A stretch of 64,000 nucleotides of DNA from Bigelowiella natans CCMP2755 (taxonomy: Eukaryota; Protista; Cercozoa): NCBI GenBank assembly GCA_000320545.1, contig ADNK01001510.1, positions 87,466 through 151,465 of the forward strand, in the 5' to 3' direction. Both the position numbers and the translations under genes were made by a program. Below are positions 42,264 to 52,920 of this stretch, piece by piece. Position 1 is the first letter of the stretch, and the number at the start of each line of letters is the position of its first letter. The notes under the pieces were generated by a model. That model searched no databases. It had not been told where the DNA came from and saw only the letters and a list, made by a program, of their open reading frames with translations.

Positions 42264-43325
42264 CATTCCCATGATGATGATGATATTGATGGACGACTGA
42301 TCGAATAACGTCATCGTACATTTTTACTCCTTTCCTCAAGCCAGTCAAATAAAGCATATCTGTGGTAGTACATCATAAAAAATTGCATAGTTTTTGGTCA
42401 ACAACAGATAGCGTTGTTACACTTATAATAGCAATTTCATAATTCTTCACAAAAAAACAACCGGCAATAATCATACACCATCGCCATTCATTAATGATAC
42501 TATCTCATTACGTGGATCTTGATTTGATTGCTCTAATGTTATCTTCCCTCTCGAGAGAGTCCATGGCCTACTCGCACAAAACAACACAAGAGTATTCATT
42601 CATTTTATTCTTTATAATATAGACCAATAGATACACGTGAAAGAAGAAGAAGAAAAAGGCAGAAGGAAGGGGAGGAGGACTTACCTTGCGAATAATTGAC
42701 ACTGCTTGTTTCCGGAAGAATCGTATATTAGTTGGTTTCACAGGAGCTTGCTGGTATTATAGTTGTAGTAGAGCAATACGTCGTTGAGCAGTAGAAAAGG
42801 GGTGATGACAACATAATGATACTGATGATTTTTATCACGGTCAATAGAGCGTTGGTCAATATTTTTTATTGATATTGTATCAACAATTGCATACTTATAA
42901 AATGATGAAATTCAACTATCAACAAAGATTTACACTGAAAATTTTCTATCTTATCACGTAAAAAATTCTCTCCTCCTTAAATGAGCTCATTTGTGAAGTG
43001 ATAATACCTCAATAGCATTTAACAGTATTTTCTTAATCCCTTTTGAGTTGACCTGCCGTTCCAAAATAATCGTTTAAAAATCTTCTTCTACTGATATATG
43101 CATTGCGGGAAAAACTAATTCTACGAAGTACGGCGGGGTCACAAAGTTGTTAATATTCACTAATCGATGACGACAATGACGACGATTACTGCTGCTGCTG
43201 CTGCTGCAACTACAACTGCTACTAGCACCAACATCATTAATGGTCGATTCGTATCCACCTCATCTGGAGACAAAGATTCCAGATATTTCCACCTGATCAA
43301 CGACAAAATTAAAAACCAAAATTAT

Positions 43326-43364
<39 letters not shown>

Positions 43365-44096
43365 CGTAGAGAGCTAGAGATAGGTAGAGAGATAGATAGA
43401 GCGAGGGGGCGAGGGGGGGTGTTGGGAGCTTATACAAATATGAGTGTGAGCATGTTCGTGCATGTGTGATTTGTTTATGTACATGCCTACGAGCGGGAAA
43501 AGGAGTAATTTCATCTGTGATTTTGTAGATTTACCTTCCAGTAGCATCACAGAGCATGAACTCCCACAGCTTTTTCCCACCTAAAGCGGTACAGATAAAT
43601 ACACGTAGTCAGTCATAATATGTGCATTCTTTCAAGACGGGTGGCCTAATGTTAGCGAAAACTTACCATTTACCACTGGACGACTGTACACATCAAGTTC
43701 CCACTCAGAACTTATAGGCTGTTCTTCCCTTTTGTTATCAATCACTGAGTCTGATAATGACGAGGATGATGATGATGATGATACTGGCATTCTTTCTGCC
43801 ATGCTGTTGTCACTCTCTGCCATCATTGCGGGATCGATACTCCTTACACGCCGGAAGAACTGTGAGACAGGTCTAAGGCTATCGCGTATTATACGAGAGC
43901 GCAATTTGTTATCTGAGAGCAGCTGGGTAGTAGGTGTTTGTCGTCTTCCATGCCTCGTCGTTCGCAACGACGTGGACATTTCCAAATGATACCCCGAAAC
44001 AACAATGACACCATGGCAAAGAATCACTAGCAGTGTGGACAGCATCCCAAGTATTAAAACTATCCTGTAGTCTTTTTTGGTTACTGGTTGTTTCAT
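39211..44096 (-). CDS. TAB2: Plastid-targeted Tab2/ATAB2 RNA-binding protein, many small exons
   Basis: EWELDVYSRPVVNGGKKLWEFMLCD, VNSKGIKK, IRFFRKQ, SRSTYALFDWLEER..VYPFMEGF, LPMYLEGEDWSF, FEARKEALGGLHFLAI, GFWLMR. Bipartite signal plus transit N-terminus. Stop position approximate. Confidence 0.85.
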
Positions 44097-44173
44097 GGTG
44101 ATGGACGATGGTCCCGGATTTGAGAAGAGGGACGGACAGGGGGGTACAGACGAATAGACGTAATTCTGACCCA

Positions 44174-44465
44174 GAAAGAACAGCGAGATGTTGATGTTCC
44201 AAACAACCAATCTCTGTTGTTCTTCACGGAAAGAACAGCGAGATGTTGATGTTCCAAACAACCAATCTCTGTTGTTCTTCACGGAAAGAACAGCGAGATG
44301 TTGATGTTCCAAACAACCAATCTCTGTTGTTCTTCACGGAAAGAACAGCGAGATGTTGCTGTTCCAAACAACCAATCTCTGTTATTCTTCACGGAAAGAA
44401 CAGCGAGATGTTGCTGTTCCAAACAACCAACCTCTGTTGTTCTTCACGGAAAGAACAGCGAGATG
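44174..44465. repeat. 55-bp tandem repeat, about 5.3 copies, directly upstream of the Tab2 start
   Basis: Unit gaaagaacagcgagatgttg(a/c)tgttccaaacaaccaatctctgttgttcttcacg starting at 44174, 44229, 44284, 44339, 44394 and 44449. Confidence 0.95.
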
Positions 44466-44628
44466 CGCAGTGCTGTGTGCGTTCTGGAGTTGTCGACCGC
44501 AGGGTCAGAGCACTCCTGTGCAGGGCTCAGATCAAAGAATGCGGTGATGGGCGGGGGGGTTTTGCAATTTTTGAGTCACGAGGGTGGTTTTTCCACCCAC
44601 CCCTGAACCATGTTCCAGTTCACCGGTG

Positions 44629-44954
44629 TGTAGCGCGTACCACTACGCGGGCACAAGTCACGTGCGACAACAAAGGGGTTGTCGCGGATATAGAATATAG
44701 ATAACGTAGATATTAATACAGCATAGGCACGTGGGTTCCGGCGGGACTCATGGCAGCACACCGGAAGTGTGCTGCCCCACGTGCGGCGGCATTCGCGAAA
44801 GCTTCGCGAATGATTACGCAGTGCACGATTTAATAAAAATATAATCTTTAATAAAAATAAACACAACTCTTCAAAAGGAAGCAAACGTGCCTTTCCCCCC
44901 CCCTGCCTACTTGTGCACGTAGCGCCTCGGCCTGTGAACACCTTACGCGCAACA
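44629..44954 (+). repeat. 5' LTR
   Basis: tgtagcgcgtacc...ttacgcgcaaca, with imperfect terminal inverted ends. Matches 50019-50344. Confidence 0.95.
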
Positions 44955-44959
44955 ACCTT

Positions 44960-44981
44960 TGGCTTCCACACACGGGAAACG
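44960..44981 (+). promoter_or_regulatory. Primer-binding site (tRNA 3'-end complement; tRNA identity uncertain)
   Basis: TGGCTTCCACACACGGGAAACG begins 5 nt after the LTR. Its reverse complement ends in CCA and has a T-arm-like CGTTTCCCG. Confidence 0.7.
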
Positions 44982-44993
44982 ATTTGACTAACA

Positions 44994-47900
44994 ATGTCAC
45001 AGCAGCTAGAAGAACAGCAGGACTTTGGCTCGCAGGCCGTGCAAGGGCACGAGCAGAAACAGGAAAGGAAGGGCGATACGGACGCTAAGGAAGGAGGAGG
45101 AACACCTCCACAGGCACCGCCGGGACCAGCACCCGGGATTAAGAAAGCAGATGCAGCAGCAGAGGCACTGGAGAACTTCTACGAGGCGGACGACGAGGAC
45201 GTGGCCGCCGAAAGCAAGAAGGTCGTAATGGCATTACGAGCCTTGCGACCCAGGGCGAGCAACTACGCCAAACTGAAAGTATCGATAGAATACAAGTATC
45301 AGACACATGATGTTTGGGCAGCTATCATGCAGGACATCATGGATTACGAAGCAGACTTACCTCCAGAGTGGGCAGCTTTGTTTAGGAACGACGGGGGTCT
45401 GGGCGCCTCGCGGGGGACGACCCAGAGCACCGTCAAGCAGCAGCAGCCGGTACAGCGGAACACCCAGTTCATGTCTGTTAAAACAGCACCGGTTATGATA
45501 ACGAAATACAACGGGAAAAGAGGTGAGGCAAGGAGGTGGTGGAAGAACGCTAGGAGTATACTCTGCGACTTTACCCCTAACCCCACCGAAAACGACAAGC
45601 TCAAATGGCTAGCTATAATAAAGCAAGCCATGGACCTTTACGAGACAGGCAGGACCCGGATCAGGCAGCTAGAGAAAATACACACTACAGTTAGTGGGCT
45701 ACGAGACGTTGAGGCGATAATGAAGGCTTTTGTAAATGAACAGGATGCTAACTCCCTACCCCAGGCTATTAGAAAATACAGAGCAATGATGCAGCATGAG
45801 AGAGAACCTGTTAGAGACTTTGCCACGCGCTTCCAGGATATGATCGACGAACTACATGATTTTAATTACAACACAGGTGATGATCAGGCAAGGTTTGAAG
45901 AGTTCAAGTTAAAGATAAAGGAATCCACTTACGTTACGGAGAAAGGCTACACCACGATGGAGGCAGCAGTGCAGGCTATATCCCTACGCGAGCAGGAGCA
46001 GGACCGCAAGTTTACCAGCCCTAAGGTACCTGGCATAGGAAACATTAACGCTATTAAGCCGCAGCGAGACTGGTACAAGGACAGGGAAGGTAACCGACGT
46101 TGCGGATACTGCTCACGTAAAGGGAAACACACCGCTAAAGACTGCAGAGACAGGAAAGAAGGACGACCCAGGATGACGATCAGGCAGCTCAACGAACACT
46201 ACGAGAAGTTAAAGAGAAAGAAAGGCAGAGGACAAGGATATAACAACAGCAAATGGCAAGGCAGCAACAACGGGAAGAACAATAAATATAAGAACAAAAA
46301 GCAGAACAGTATCAATGCTATACAGCAGCAGATAAACGGAATATTAGATCACCTTAAGCAGGCGCCGACGAAGACAGCAGTACCAGCAACGCAGGACCAA
46401 GACAAGCCCATGACCCTAGACGACATAAAGAACTTAGGAGTATGCAACATTAATGACGAAGACGCTAACAGGACTATCAAAGTTGCTATGACCAAGGTTA
46501 AAGTTAAAGACAGCTACGGAGACTACAAGAAACTACCTGCCCTTTGGGATAGTGGCAGCATGCCGAAGTCCTTCATAAGCCTAAGCACAGTAAGAAGGTT
46601 AGGACTATTGGATCAAGTGACTAAGAAAGAACGTAAATATGCTCAAGCAGACGGAAGCTCTTCCATGAAGACCGTCGGTGAGCTAATGCTAAAGCTACAG
46701 ATACCTGGCAGCGACGCGGAGACCCAAATCAAGACCCGAGTAGCCATGACTTTATCCATGGAACTACTCCTCGGACAGGATGCCCTAGAAAAATTAGGGG
46801 GGATCATATCATTCTACAATCACAAGATATACTTTGCTAAGTTGCCAAAGAAGTCAGGCAGGACCATCAGCCAGAACATGATACGGCTTGACGAGTGGAC
46901 CTCTGAGTCAAGCGTTAATGCGTTAGAGTTTATGGACCTAGCGGACAACAAGCTACCTACACCTACCGAGCTACGGAAGAAGAACCCCGGCAAGACCATC
47001 CGACAGATAACGGAGCTACTGGACAAGACCCCCCCAGCTGATGATTGGGATATCGACAAAGGCAAAAAGTACATTAATAAAATATTAAACGAGAAGTACT
47101 CTGACATCACCAAGCCGACGACGAAGCCCTCCAGCAAGCTTACCCCAGTAAAGATCGAGCTAAAGAAGGGATACGAAGAGTGCATCATCAATGACCCAGA
47201 ACATAGGCGACCGGAAGCGGACTGGGAAAAGATAGAGTGGCAGATCAATGAATGGGCAAAGGAAGGGAAGATAGAGCCAAGCAACTCACCATGGAACGTG
47301 AGACATGTGCTAGCTAAGAAACCTACTTACCCTTTCTTCCGCCTGGCGCACAACTTCATCCGCCACAACCGAGTAATAAAGAGGATCCAGACACCTACAC
47401 CAAGGATAGATGACGTTATTGAACACGTCATAGGATACAAATACTACTCTTCCCTAGATAAAAATGAATCATACATGCAGACACCCATCCACAAAACCTC
47501 CCGCCCCATTACCGCGTTCTCCAGCAGGCACAGGAAGTGGCACTTCGTCGTATTCCCTTACGGCCTAAGCATATCAGGGGATGCGTTCAGTAGTCAGAAC
47601 TACAGGGCATACACACATGATGGGATGGCGTCTGTGTTGTGGGTGTTTGTGTTTGTGTATGTGGATGATGACATAATATGTACCAACACAGTCGTCGCTC
47701 AGATCTTCCTCCTGGAAAATATATTTATTAGGTTTGCACACTTCGGTTTTACTATTAGACTGCAGAAGTGTACATTCCTAGCTACAAGAATCAAGTGGTG
47801 TGGATATTACCTGGAGCAAGGCCGCATCACCCCAAACCCCGAGAAAGTAGCAGCACTACAGCAAGCCCCTAAACCTAAGAATGCAAAGGAGTTAAAGTCA

Positions 47901-49967
47901 TTCTTGCAGACTGCAGCTTGGATACTACGTAGGTTCTCCCCTACCTACGCTAGGACTGCAGCTGCTTTTACTACTGCTTACCGGAAGGAGAACTCTGTAG
48001 GCCTCAGCTTCGCTAAGGTGTGGGCCAAGGCTGGCCTTGATGCCCACTTCGATAACCTAATAAAGTTATGCAGCAACACCCTATTGAATGCTAAGCTAGA
48101 CACTACTAGACCAGCTACCCTATGGACAGACTGGTCTAAGCTAGGTATGGCTGCTGTACTTACCCAAGACCAGCAGATCATACGGGTGTGGGGCAGGGCC
48201 TGCACAGCAGCTGAGGCCAAGTACAGCCCTACAAAAGGAGAGTATAAAGCCATGACTGAGGCGCAGAGGAAACTAAGATACTACCTGCTGTCGGTGCCCA
48301 GCTTCACCTTAATGACTGACCACAAGCCCCTCCTAGGCATCGACCGCAAGCTCGAAGCGCCTAACGATGAGTATGCAGCTATGAGGGCGGACACGGAAGA
48401 GTTTAGGGACAAGAGGACAGTGGTCTACGCACCAGGAGACAAGCAGCTTGCTGACTATTTCAGCAGGCTGTTCGAAAAGAAAGTCCCTACCCAGGTCACC
48501 CCTATGGTTAACGCGATTACCTTCGAGGACGGCGACTTCCTGCCTGAGCCAGAGGAGCTCCAGCACCTTCAAGAACACCTGGATAAATACAAACACAAGC
48601 ATGAGGTACTTAGTGATAGGATATATGTATACACTAATAATGTTAGGCGTACCTACGTGCCACGGCGGACCAGGGGAGCCCTTCTCTTTACCGCCCATGG
48701 ACCTGCACACGTAGGAGAAAACCATATCACTGCTCTACTCTACCATTACTACTGGCCCTACAAGCTAAAAGAGATAAGGACATACCTGCGTGGCTGCAGG
48801 TGCTCCAGCTTGAAGGCGGCAGGCGTCGCCACCAAGGAGTCCAGCAAGAGCCGTGCATCTAAGAAAATCAAAGCAAGGAACTTCTTAGATATCGTGCAAA
48901 TTGATGTTTATAAGTACGATGGCTATCACTACCTTACCTTCGTTGATGTGGCCACTGGAAAGTGCTGGGTTAAAAAGATTATCAAGGTCAACGTTGCTAA
49001 GAAGAACAAAGGCTTATATAAGCAGAGGCTTACTAACTGCTACCGTACCTGGGAGTCTGAGCTCCAGGCTATCCCTGATGAAGTTAGCATAAACAAGATA
49101 CCAAAGAAGTTACATGTGGATAATGAGACCTCTCTTCTACAGCTACCACACCCTAATATTGATGCCTCACCTGTATACTATGCCCAGTCCAACTCCAAGG
49201 TAGAGCGACTCCACCGCACCTTGGCCAACCTAAGCAGGATAAATAGCACCACACCAGACAAGATACAAGGGTTAGTAAACGACACCTTCACGTCTGGGGG
49301 AGGTATCAAGGATAAGGAGAGGGAAGAAGGCGACGACAACGACGACGATACCGAGAGTGAAGACGAGAAGGTCCCGTACGATGGCCGAGTTCTAAAGGAA
49401 GGACAGTATGTTAGGGCCAAGGTAAATCTGAGATCGAGAAATAAACAAGACCCCTTCTGGGGTGGCGTTGCAAAGGTTACCGAGAGGAAGGGGAGGAAGC
49501 AGTACTACATCTATGATGGGAACAGGGTCACCTTGCGCCACATCAGTCACCTAAAGAATTATGATATCGGTGAGAAGCTCCTAGAGGATGTTAAAGTAAA
49601 CCCTACTGTGTGGGAGCGAGCAATGCCTTGTTTAGGACCCCGACCTAAGTTCGATGTGGAATATGGAAACAATAAGGTCAGGGTGAACGACGATTGGCGC
49701 ATGAAGATTGTCTATCTAGGCTACCCTGGATTACGAAATATGGAGAGGGTAGCTATGAAAATAAAGGACGGAAAATATCAGCTACTCTACCTAGCTGTTC
49801 CCGACTTACCCTTTGAGCACTGGTATAAGGTCCTGGGGGACCTTGATGCAGAGGGCTGGTATGGACACGAACCTAAGGACGAAGGTGAGTTCTGGGTAAG
49901 CGACAAAGGAGATAAGGTTAGAGAGGAATCTATTACCTGGTGGTTGGTGAAGTTCCGAAAGCGATGA
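44994..49967 (+). CDS. Gag-Pol polyprotein (Zn knuckle, protease, RT, RNase H, integrase, C-terminal Dam-like domain)
   Basis: CGYCSRKGKHTAKDC; ALWDSGS; SPWN, FPYGL, YVDD; LWTDWS, TDHKPL, ADYFSR; AHGPAH...CRC, IVQIDV, LHVDNE, SNSKVERLHRTL. 1657 aa with no frameshift. Confidence 0.95.
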   Translation: MSQQLEEQQDFGSQAVQGHEQKQERKGDTDAKEGGGTPPQAPPGPAPGIKKADAAAEALENFYEADDEDVAAESKKVVMALRALRPRASNYAKLKVSIEYKYQTHDVWAAIMQDIMDYEADLPPEWAALFRNDGGLGASRGTTQSTVKQQQPVQRNTQFMSVKTAPVMITKYNGKRGEARRWWKNARSILCDFTPNPTENDKLKWLAIIKQAMDLYETGRTRIRQLEKIHTTVSGLRDVEAIMKAFVNEQDANSLPQAIRKYRAMMQHEREPVRDFATRFQDMIDELHDFNYNTGDDQARFEEFKLKIKESTYVTEKGYTTMEAAVQAISLREQEQDRKFTSPKVPGIGNINAIKPQRDWYKDREGNRRCGYCSRKGKHTAKDCRDRKEGRPRMTIRQLNEHYEKLKRKKGRGQGYNNSKWQGSNNGKNNKYKNKKQNSINAIQQQINGILDHLKQAPTKTAVPATQDQDKPMTLDDIKNLGVCNINDEDANRTIKVAMTKVKVKDSYGDYKKLPALWDSGSMPKSFISLSTVRRLGLLDQVTKKERKYAQADGSSSMKTVGELMLKLQIPGSDAETQIKTRVAMTLSMELLLGQDALEKLGGIISFYNHKIYFAKLPKKSGRTISQNMIRLDEWTSESSVNALEFMDLADNKLPTPTELRKKNPGKTIRQITELLDKTPPADDWDIDKGKKYINKILNEKYSDITKPTTKPSSKLTPVKIELKKGYEECIINDPEHRRPEADWEKIEWQINEWAKEGKIEPSNSPWNVRHVLAKKPTYPFFRLAHNFIRHNRVIKRIQTPTPRIDDVIEHVIGYKYYSSLDKNESYMQTPIHKTSRPITAFSSRHRKWHFVVFPYGLSISGDAFSSQNYRAYTHDGMASVLWVFVFVYVDDDIICTNTVVAQIFLLENIFIRFAHFGFTIRLQKCTFLATRIKWCGYYLEQGRITPNPEKVAALQQAPKPKNAKELKSFLQTAAWILRRFSPTYARTAAAFTTAYRKENSVGLSFAKVWAKAGLDAHFDNLIKLCSNTLLNAKLDTTRPATLWTDWSKLGMAAVLTQDQQIIRVWGRACTAAEAKYSPTKGEYKAMTEAQRKLRYYLLSVPSFTLMTDHKPLLGIDRKLEAPNDEYAAMRADTEEFRDKRTVVYAPGDKQLADYFSRLFEKKVPTQVTPMVNAITFEDGDFLPEPEELQHLQEHLDKYKHKHEVLSDRIYVYTNNVRRTYVPRRTRGALLFTAHGPAHVGENHITALLYHYYWPYKLKEIRTYLRGCRCSSLKAAGVATKESSKSRASKKIKARNFLDIVQIDVYKYDGYHYLTFVDVATGKCWVKKIIKVNVAKKNKGLYKQRLTNCYRTWESELQAIPDEVSINKIPKKLHVDNETSLLQLPHPNIDASPVYYAQSNSKVERLHRTLANLSRINSTTPDKIQGLVNDTFTSGGGIKDKEREEGDDNDDDTESEDEKVPYDGRVLKEGQYVRAKVNLRSRNKQDPFWGGVAKVTERKGRKQYYIYDGNRVTLRHISHLKNYDIGEKLLEDVKVNPTVWERAMPCLGPRPKFDVEYGNNKVRVNDDWRMKIVYLGYPGLRNMERVAMKIKDGKYQLLYLAVPDLPFEHWYKVLGDLDAEGWYGHEPKDEGEFWVSDKGDKVREESITWWLVKFRKR

Positions 49968-50010
49968 AGGTCTAAGGGAATAAGGAAGGAAGGAAGGAGC
50001 AACGTGACTT

Positions 50011-50018
50011 GGGGGAGG
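50011..50018 (+). promoter_or_regulatory. Polypurine tract
   Basis: GGGGGAGG abuts the 3' LTR and is preceded by a purine-rich stretch at 49974-49999. Confidence 0.85.
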
Positions 50019-50344
50019 TGTAGCGCGTACCACTACGCGGGCACAAGTCACGTGCGACAACAAAGGGGTTGTCGCGGATATAGAATATAGATAACGTAGA
50101 TATTAATACAGCATAGGCACGTGGGTTCCGGCGGGACTCATGGCAGCACACCGGAAGTGTGCTGCCCCACGTGCGGCGGCATTCGCGAAAGCTTCGCGAA
50201 TGATTACGCAGTGCACGATTTAATAAAAATATAATCTTTAATAAAAATAAACACAACTCTTCAAAAGGAAGCAAACGTGCCTTTCCCCCCCCCTGCCTAC
50301 TTGTGCACGTAGCGCCTCGGCCTGTGAACACCTTACGCGCAACA
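50019..50344 (+). repeat. 3' LTR
   Basis: Same sequence as 44629-44954, followed by the TSD GGTG. Confidence 0.95.
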
Positions 50345-51350
50345 GGTGGGACAGACAGACGTGTCGCCCCAGCCACCGGTGACTTGGCTAGTTGGTTGCC
50401 AAATTGACAGAGGAAGTTTGCATGGACCTGCATTGCGAACTCTTCCCGGATGAATCCTTCACTCGACCACACGTCTGACTCGAATGGATTCATCTCAAGC
50501 AGCCTGTGAACTGCACTCTGTCTGGTTTGAGCTCAGGGAGAGCTCAGATCACACCAAAACCAAACGGAATCAAGATCGAAGTGTGACACGTGCCAGCGTG
50601 TCCACAGATTCTTCCCGGATGAAGCCTTTGCTCGATTGAATTGCTGACATGACTCGAATGGATTCATCTTGAACAGTTCTCACTCTGAAAAACTTTCCGC
50701 ATTTCCTTTCGGCCACAGGAAGTGTGTGGACTGAAAACTCTGCCGTGTCTGATTTGATTGAGCTTTGGGGAGGGCCAGAGGGCTCAGATCAAACCAAAAC
50801 TGATCTGAATCAAGTTCGCAATAGTTTTTCACGTCGTCGATGACTTCGAGATTGTTGATCAGATCCAACCTCTTCCAATCTGAATGTCAGTTGGAACCTG
50901 GACACATTCTAACTGCACCATCAATCAACAGACAATTCCCAGTGTTCTCCCAGCCCACTCAACCACGTGACGTGTGACATGCGCGTGTGCCACACCATGA
51001 ATTGAGTCAATCCGTCTCTGTCATCTTCTCTCGCGAGTGTGTGGTTGGTCTTTTTTTTGTGTTCACACAGAATTGATGAAATGGTCATGTCTTCACACAT
51101 TGCGCTAGGCACATGCACCACTGTGTTTGCACATGTGCACGGCAGCAACTGCATGACCCAAACTGCTCATACATGCTAGCATGCACACATTCATCATTTG
51201 CATCAAGGACAATTCAATTTCAAACTGTTATTAGTCATGGACAATGTAGTGTGACACGTACACTGTGCACATGACAACACTGTGACGGGATGTTCATCAT
51301 GGGCAACGTGATGTAACACATGTGATGTGCATGCAACGTTGCTGTGTCCA
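50345..51350 (-). pseudogene. TpA-depleted decayed sequence with internal repeats; host of the LTR insertion
   Basis: Diverged direct repeats (tcttcccggatgaa...gactcgaatggattcatct; gctcagatca..ccaaaac) translate on the minus strand as repeated WFDLS and MNPFES/GFIREE motifs. A gggctcagatcaaa copy also lies left of the element, at about 44523. Confidence 0.5.
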
Positions 51351-51550
51351 TCATGTTTGTATCGTTGCCCCTTCATCTTCAACTTTAAATGCTACCTAGT
51401 TCACTAATCTATCTTGAGCTAGCATCCTCATTTTGATGAACACCACCATGGGAGTAACCTGACACTGTTGACAGAATTAATCATCCAGAAGTGTCAAAGT
51501 AGATCAATCTACAAATTTGAAGGAAACGGCTCATGCTATGTGCTTATGTA

Positions 51551-52503
51551 TTAGAGCATTTTGCAAGAAGTGGTGGTCCTAATGAATTTTGAGAGAGATG
51601 ATTTTGAAAAACTTCCAGCAGGGTTGTTGGGCAAAAAAAACATGGAAGGATTCCACAGAAATCGACACATAGTGACACGAGGAAACCTATTAGTTATCTG
51701 TCTGTTTGTCTGTCTGTCTACTGGTTTACATGTGTTTGATCCCGCGGCAAAAACGATAAGATCAACAAAGTGATATTGGTGCTGAACCTCTAGGAGGACT
51801 GCGGGCGTAGGTTGGCAACGATTTCGGTGGAGGGGGCACTGGATATCTGAAGAATGTAGAGCGTTGATTCTGGGAAGATATCTTTGGATTGGCAAGACTT
51901 TCCACTTTCTTTAGAGTTGGAAGATCATCCGAAATCAACACTTCCCACACCTGCGTAGAATAGCCGTAGGTAGTGGTTGTTGAACGACACATCCTCAGCT
52001 CTATTAAGTGCATATTTTGAGTGTGCTGCATCATTCATACGTGCATGTAGGCTTGGAACAAGGTTGAAAAACGCCATGAGAAGACAAATTTAGACATTAT
52101 TCACAACTACCTTCAGTGATACTTCTATCTTTGCATTCTTCTTTTTCTGTCCAAGGTATCTGGCTAAGGGTCTACAGAACTCACCTTGATTTATGCATAC
52201 ATATATGTATCCATCTATTTGTCACGGAATAATCGCAGGATAATTACTGAGAAGGAGGAGGAGGAGGAGAATGAAAAGTGTTACCTTCTTCTGTATATAA
52301 GAGGACAATGCAGCGATGCAAGGGTGATGGTCTCCAAGGAATTTGGACATCTTTGAACTCGATTCTACCCATGAATCCTCGAAATACCTCATCTATTTCG
52401 TTGTTGTTGTTGTTGATGATGATGATGTTGTTGTTGTTGTGCGTGTTGATATGGCTTGATAATACGATTATCTAGGATTGTCACCAAGTGTGTGTGTGTG
52501 TAT

Positions 52504-52546
<43 letters not shown>

Positions 52547-52880
52547 CCCGTGTGTATTTGTGGACGACAGAAAGAAATGATAGATGAGTCTATGATAGAG
52601 AGAATGAGGTCCTTACCAAAGATTGCTTTTAATATATGCGCTGGGGATTCTCTAACCTGCATCATAATCGTTTTTGTCATCACCATCATCACCATCATCA
52701 CCATCATTATCATCATCACCATCATTATCATCATTATCATAACAGTTTCCAAAATATTTTACGAATAAGAGAAACATGGTACGCTCGATTACATGGCCCT
52801 CCAGATATTCCCGATTTTGACTTCCTCGCGGACATTTGTCTGTACATGTTCGCATCTTCTCATTCGTATTGTTACAACTT

Positions 52881-52920
<40 letters not shown>

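Larger units (their letters stand above)
44629..50344 (+). mobile_element. Intact Ty3/gypsy LTR retrotransposon
   Basis: Two apparently identical 326-bp TG...CA LTRs, a 4-bp TSD GGTG, a PBS-like tract, a PPT, and a single gag-pol ORF with order PR-RT-RH-IN. Confidence 0.97.

Noticed and set aside
43632-44312. ORF start at 44312 for Tab2
   Set aside because: The extension runs through the 55-bp array. The ATG at 44096 gives a normal signal peptide.
44174-44465. Possible CRISPR array
   Set aside because: Head-to-tail tandem units with no unique spacers, no cas genes and a eukaryotic context. The same applies to 55244-55470.
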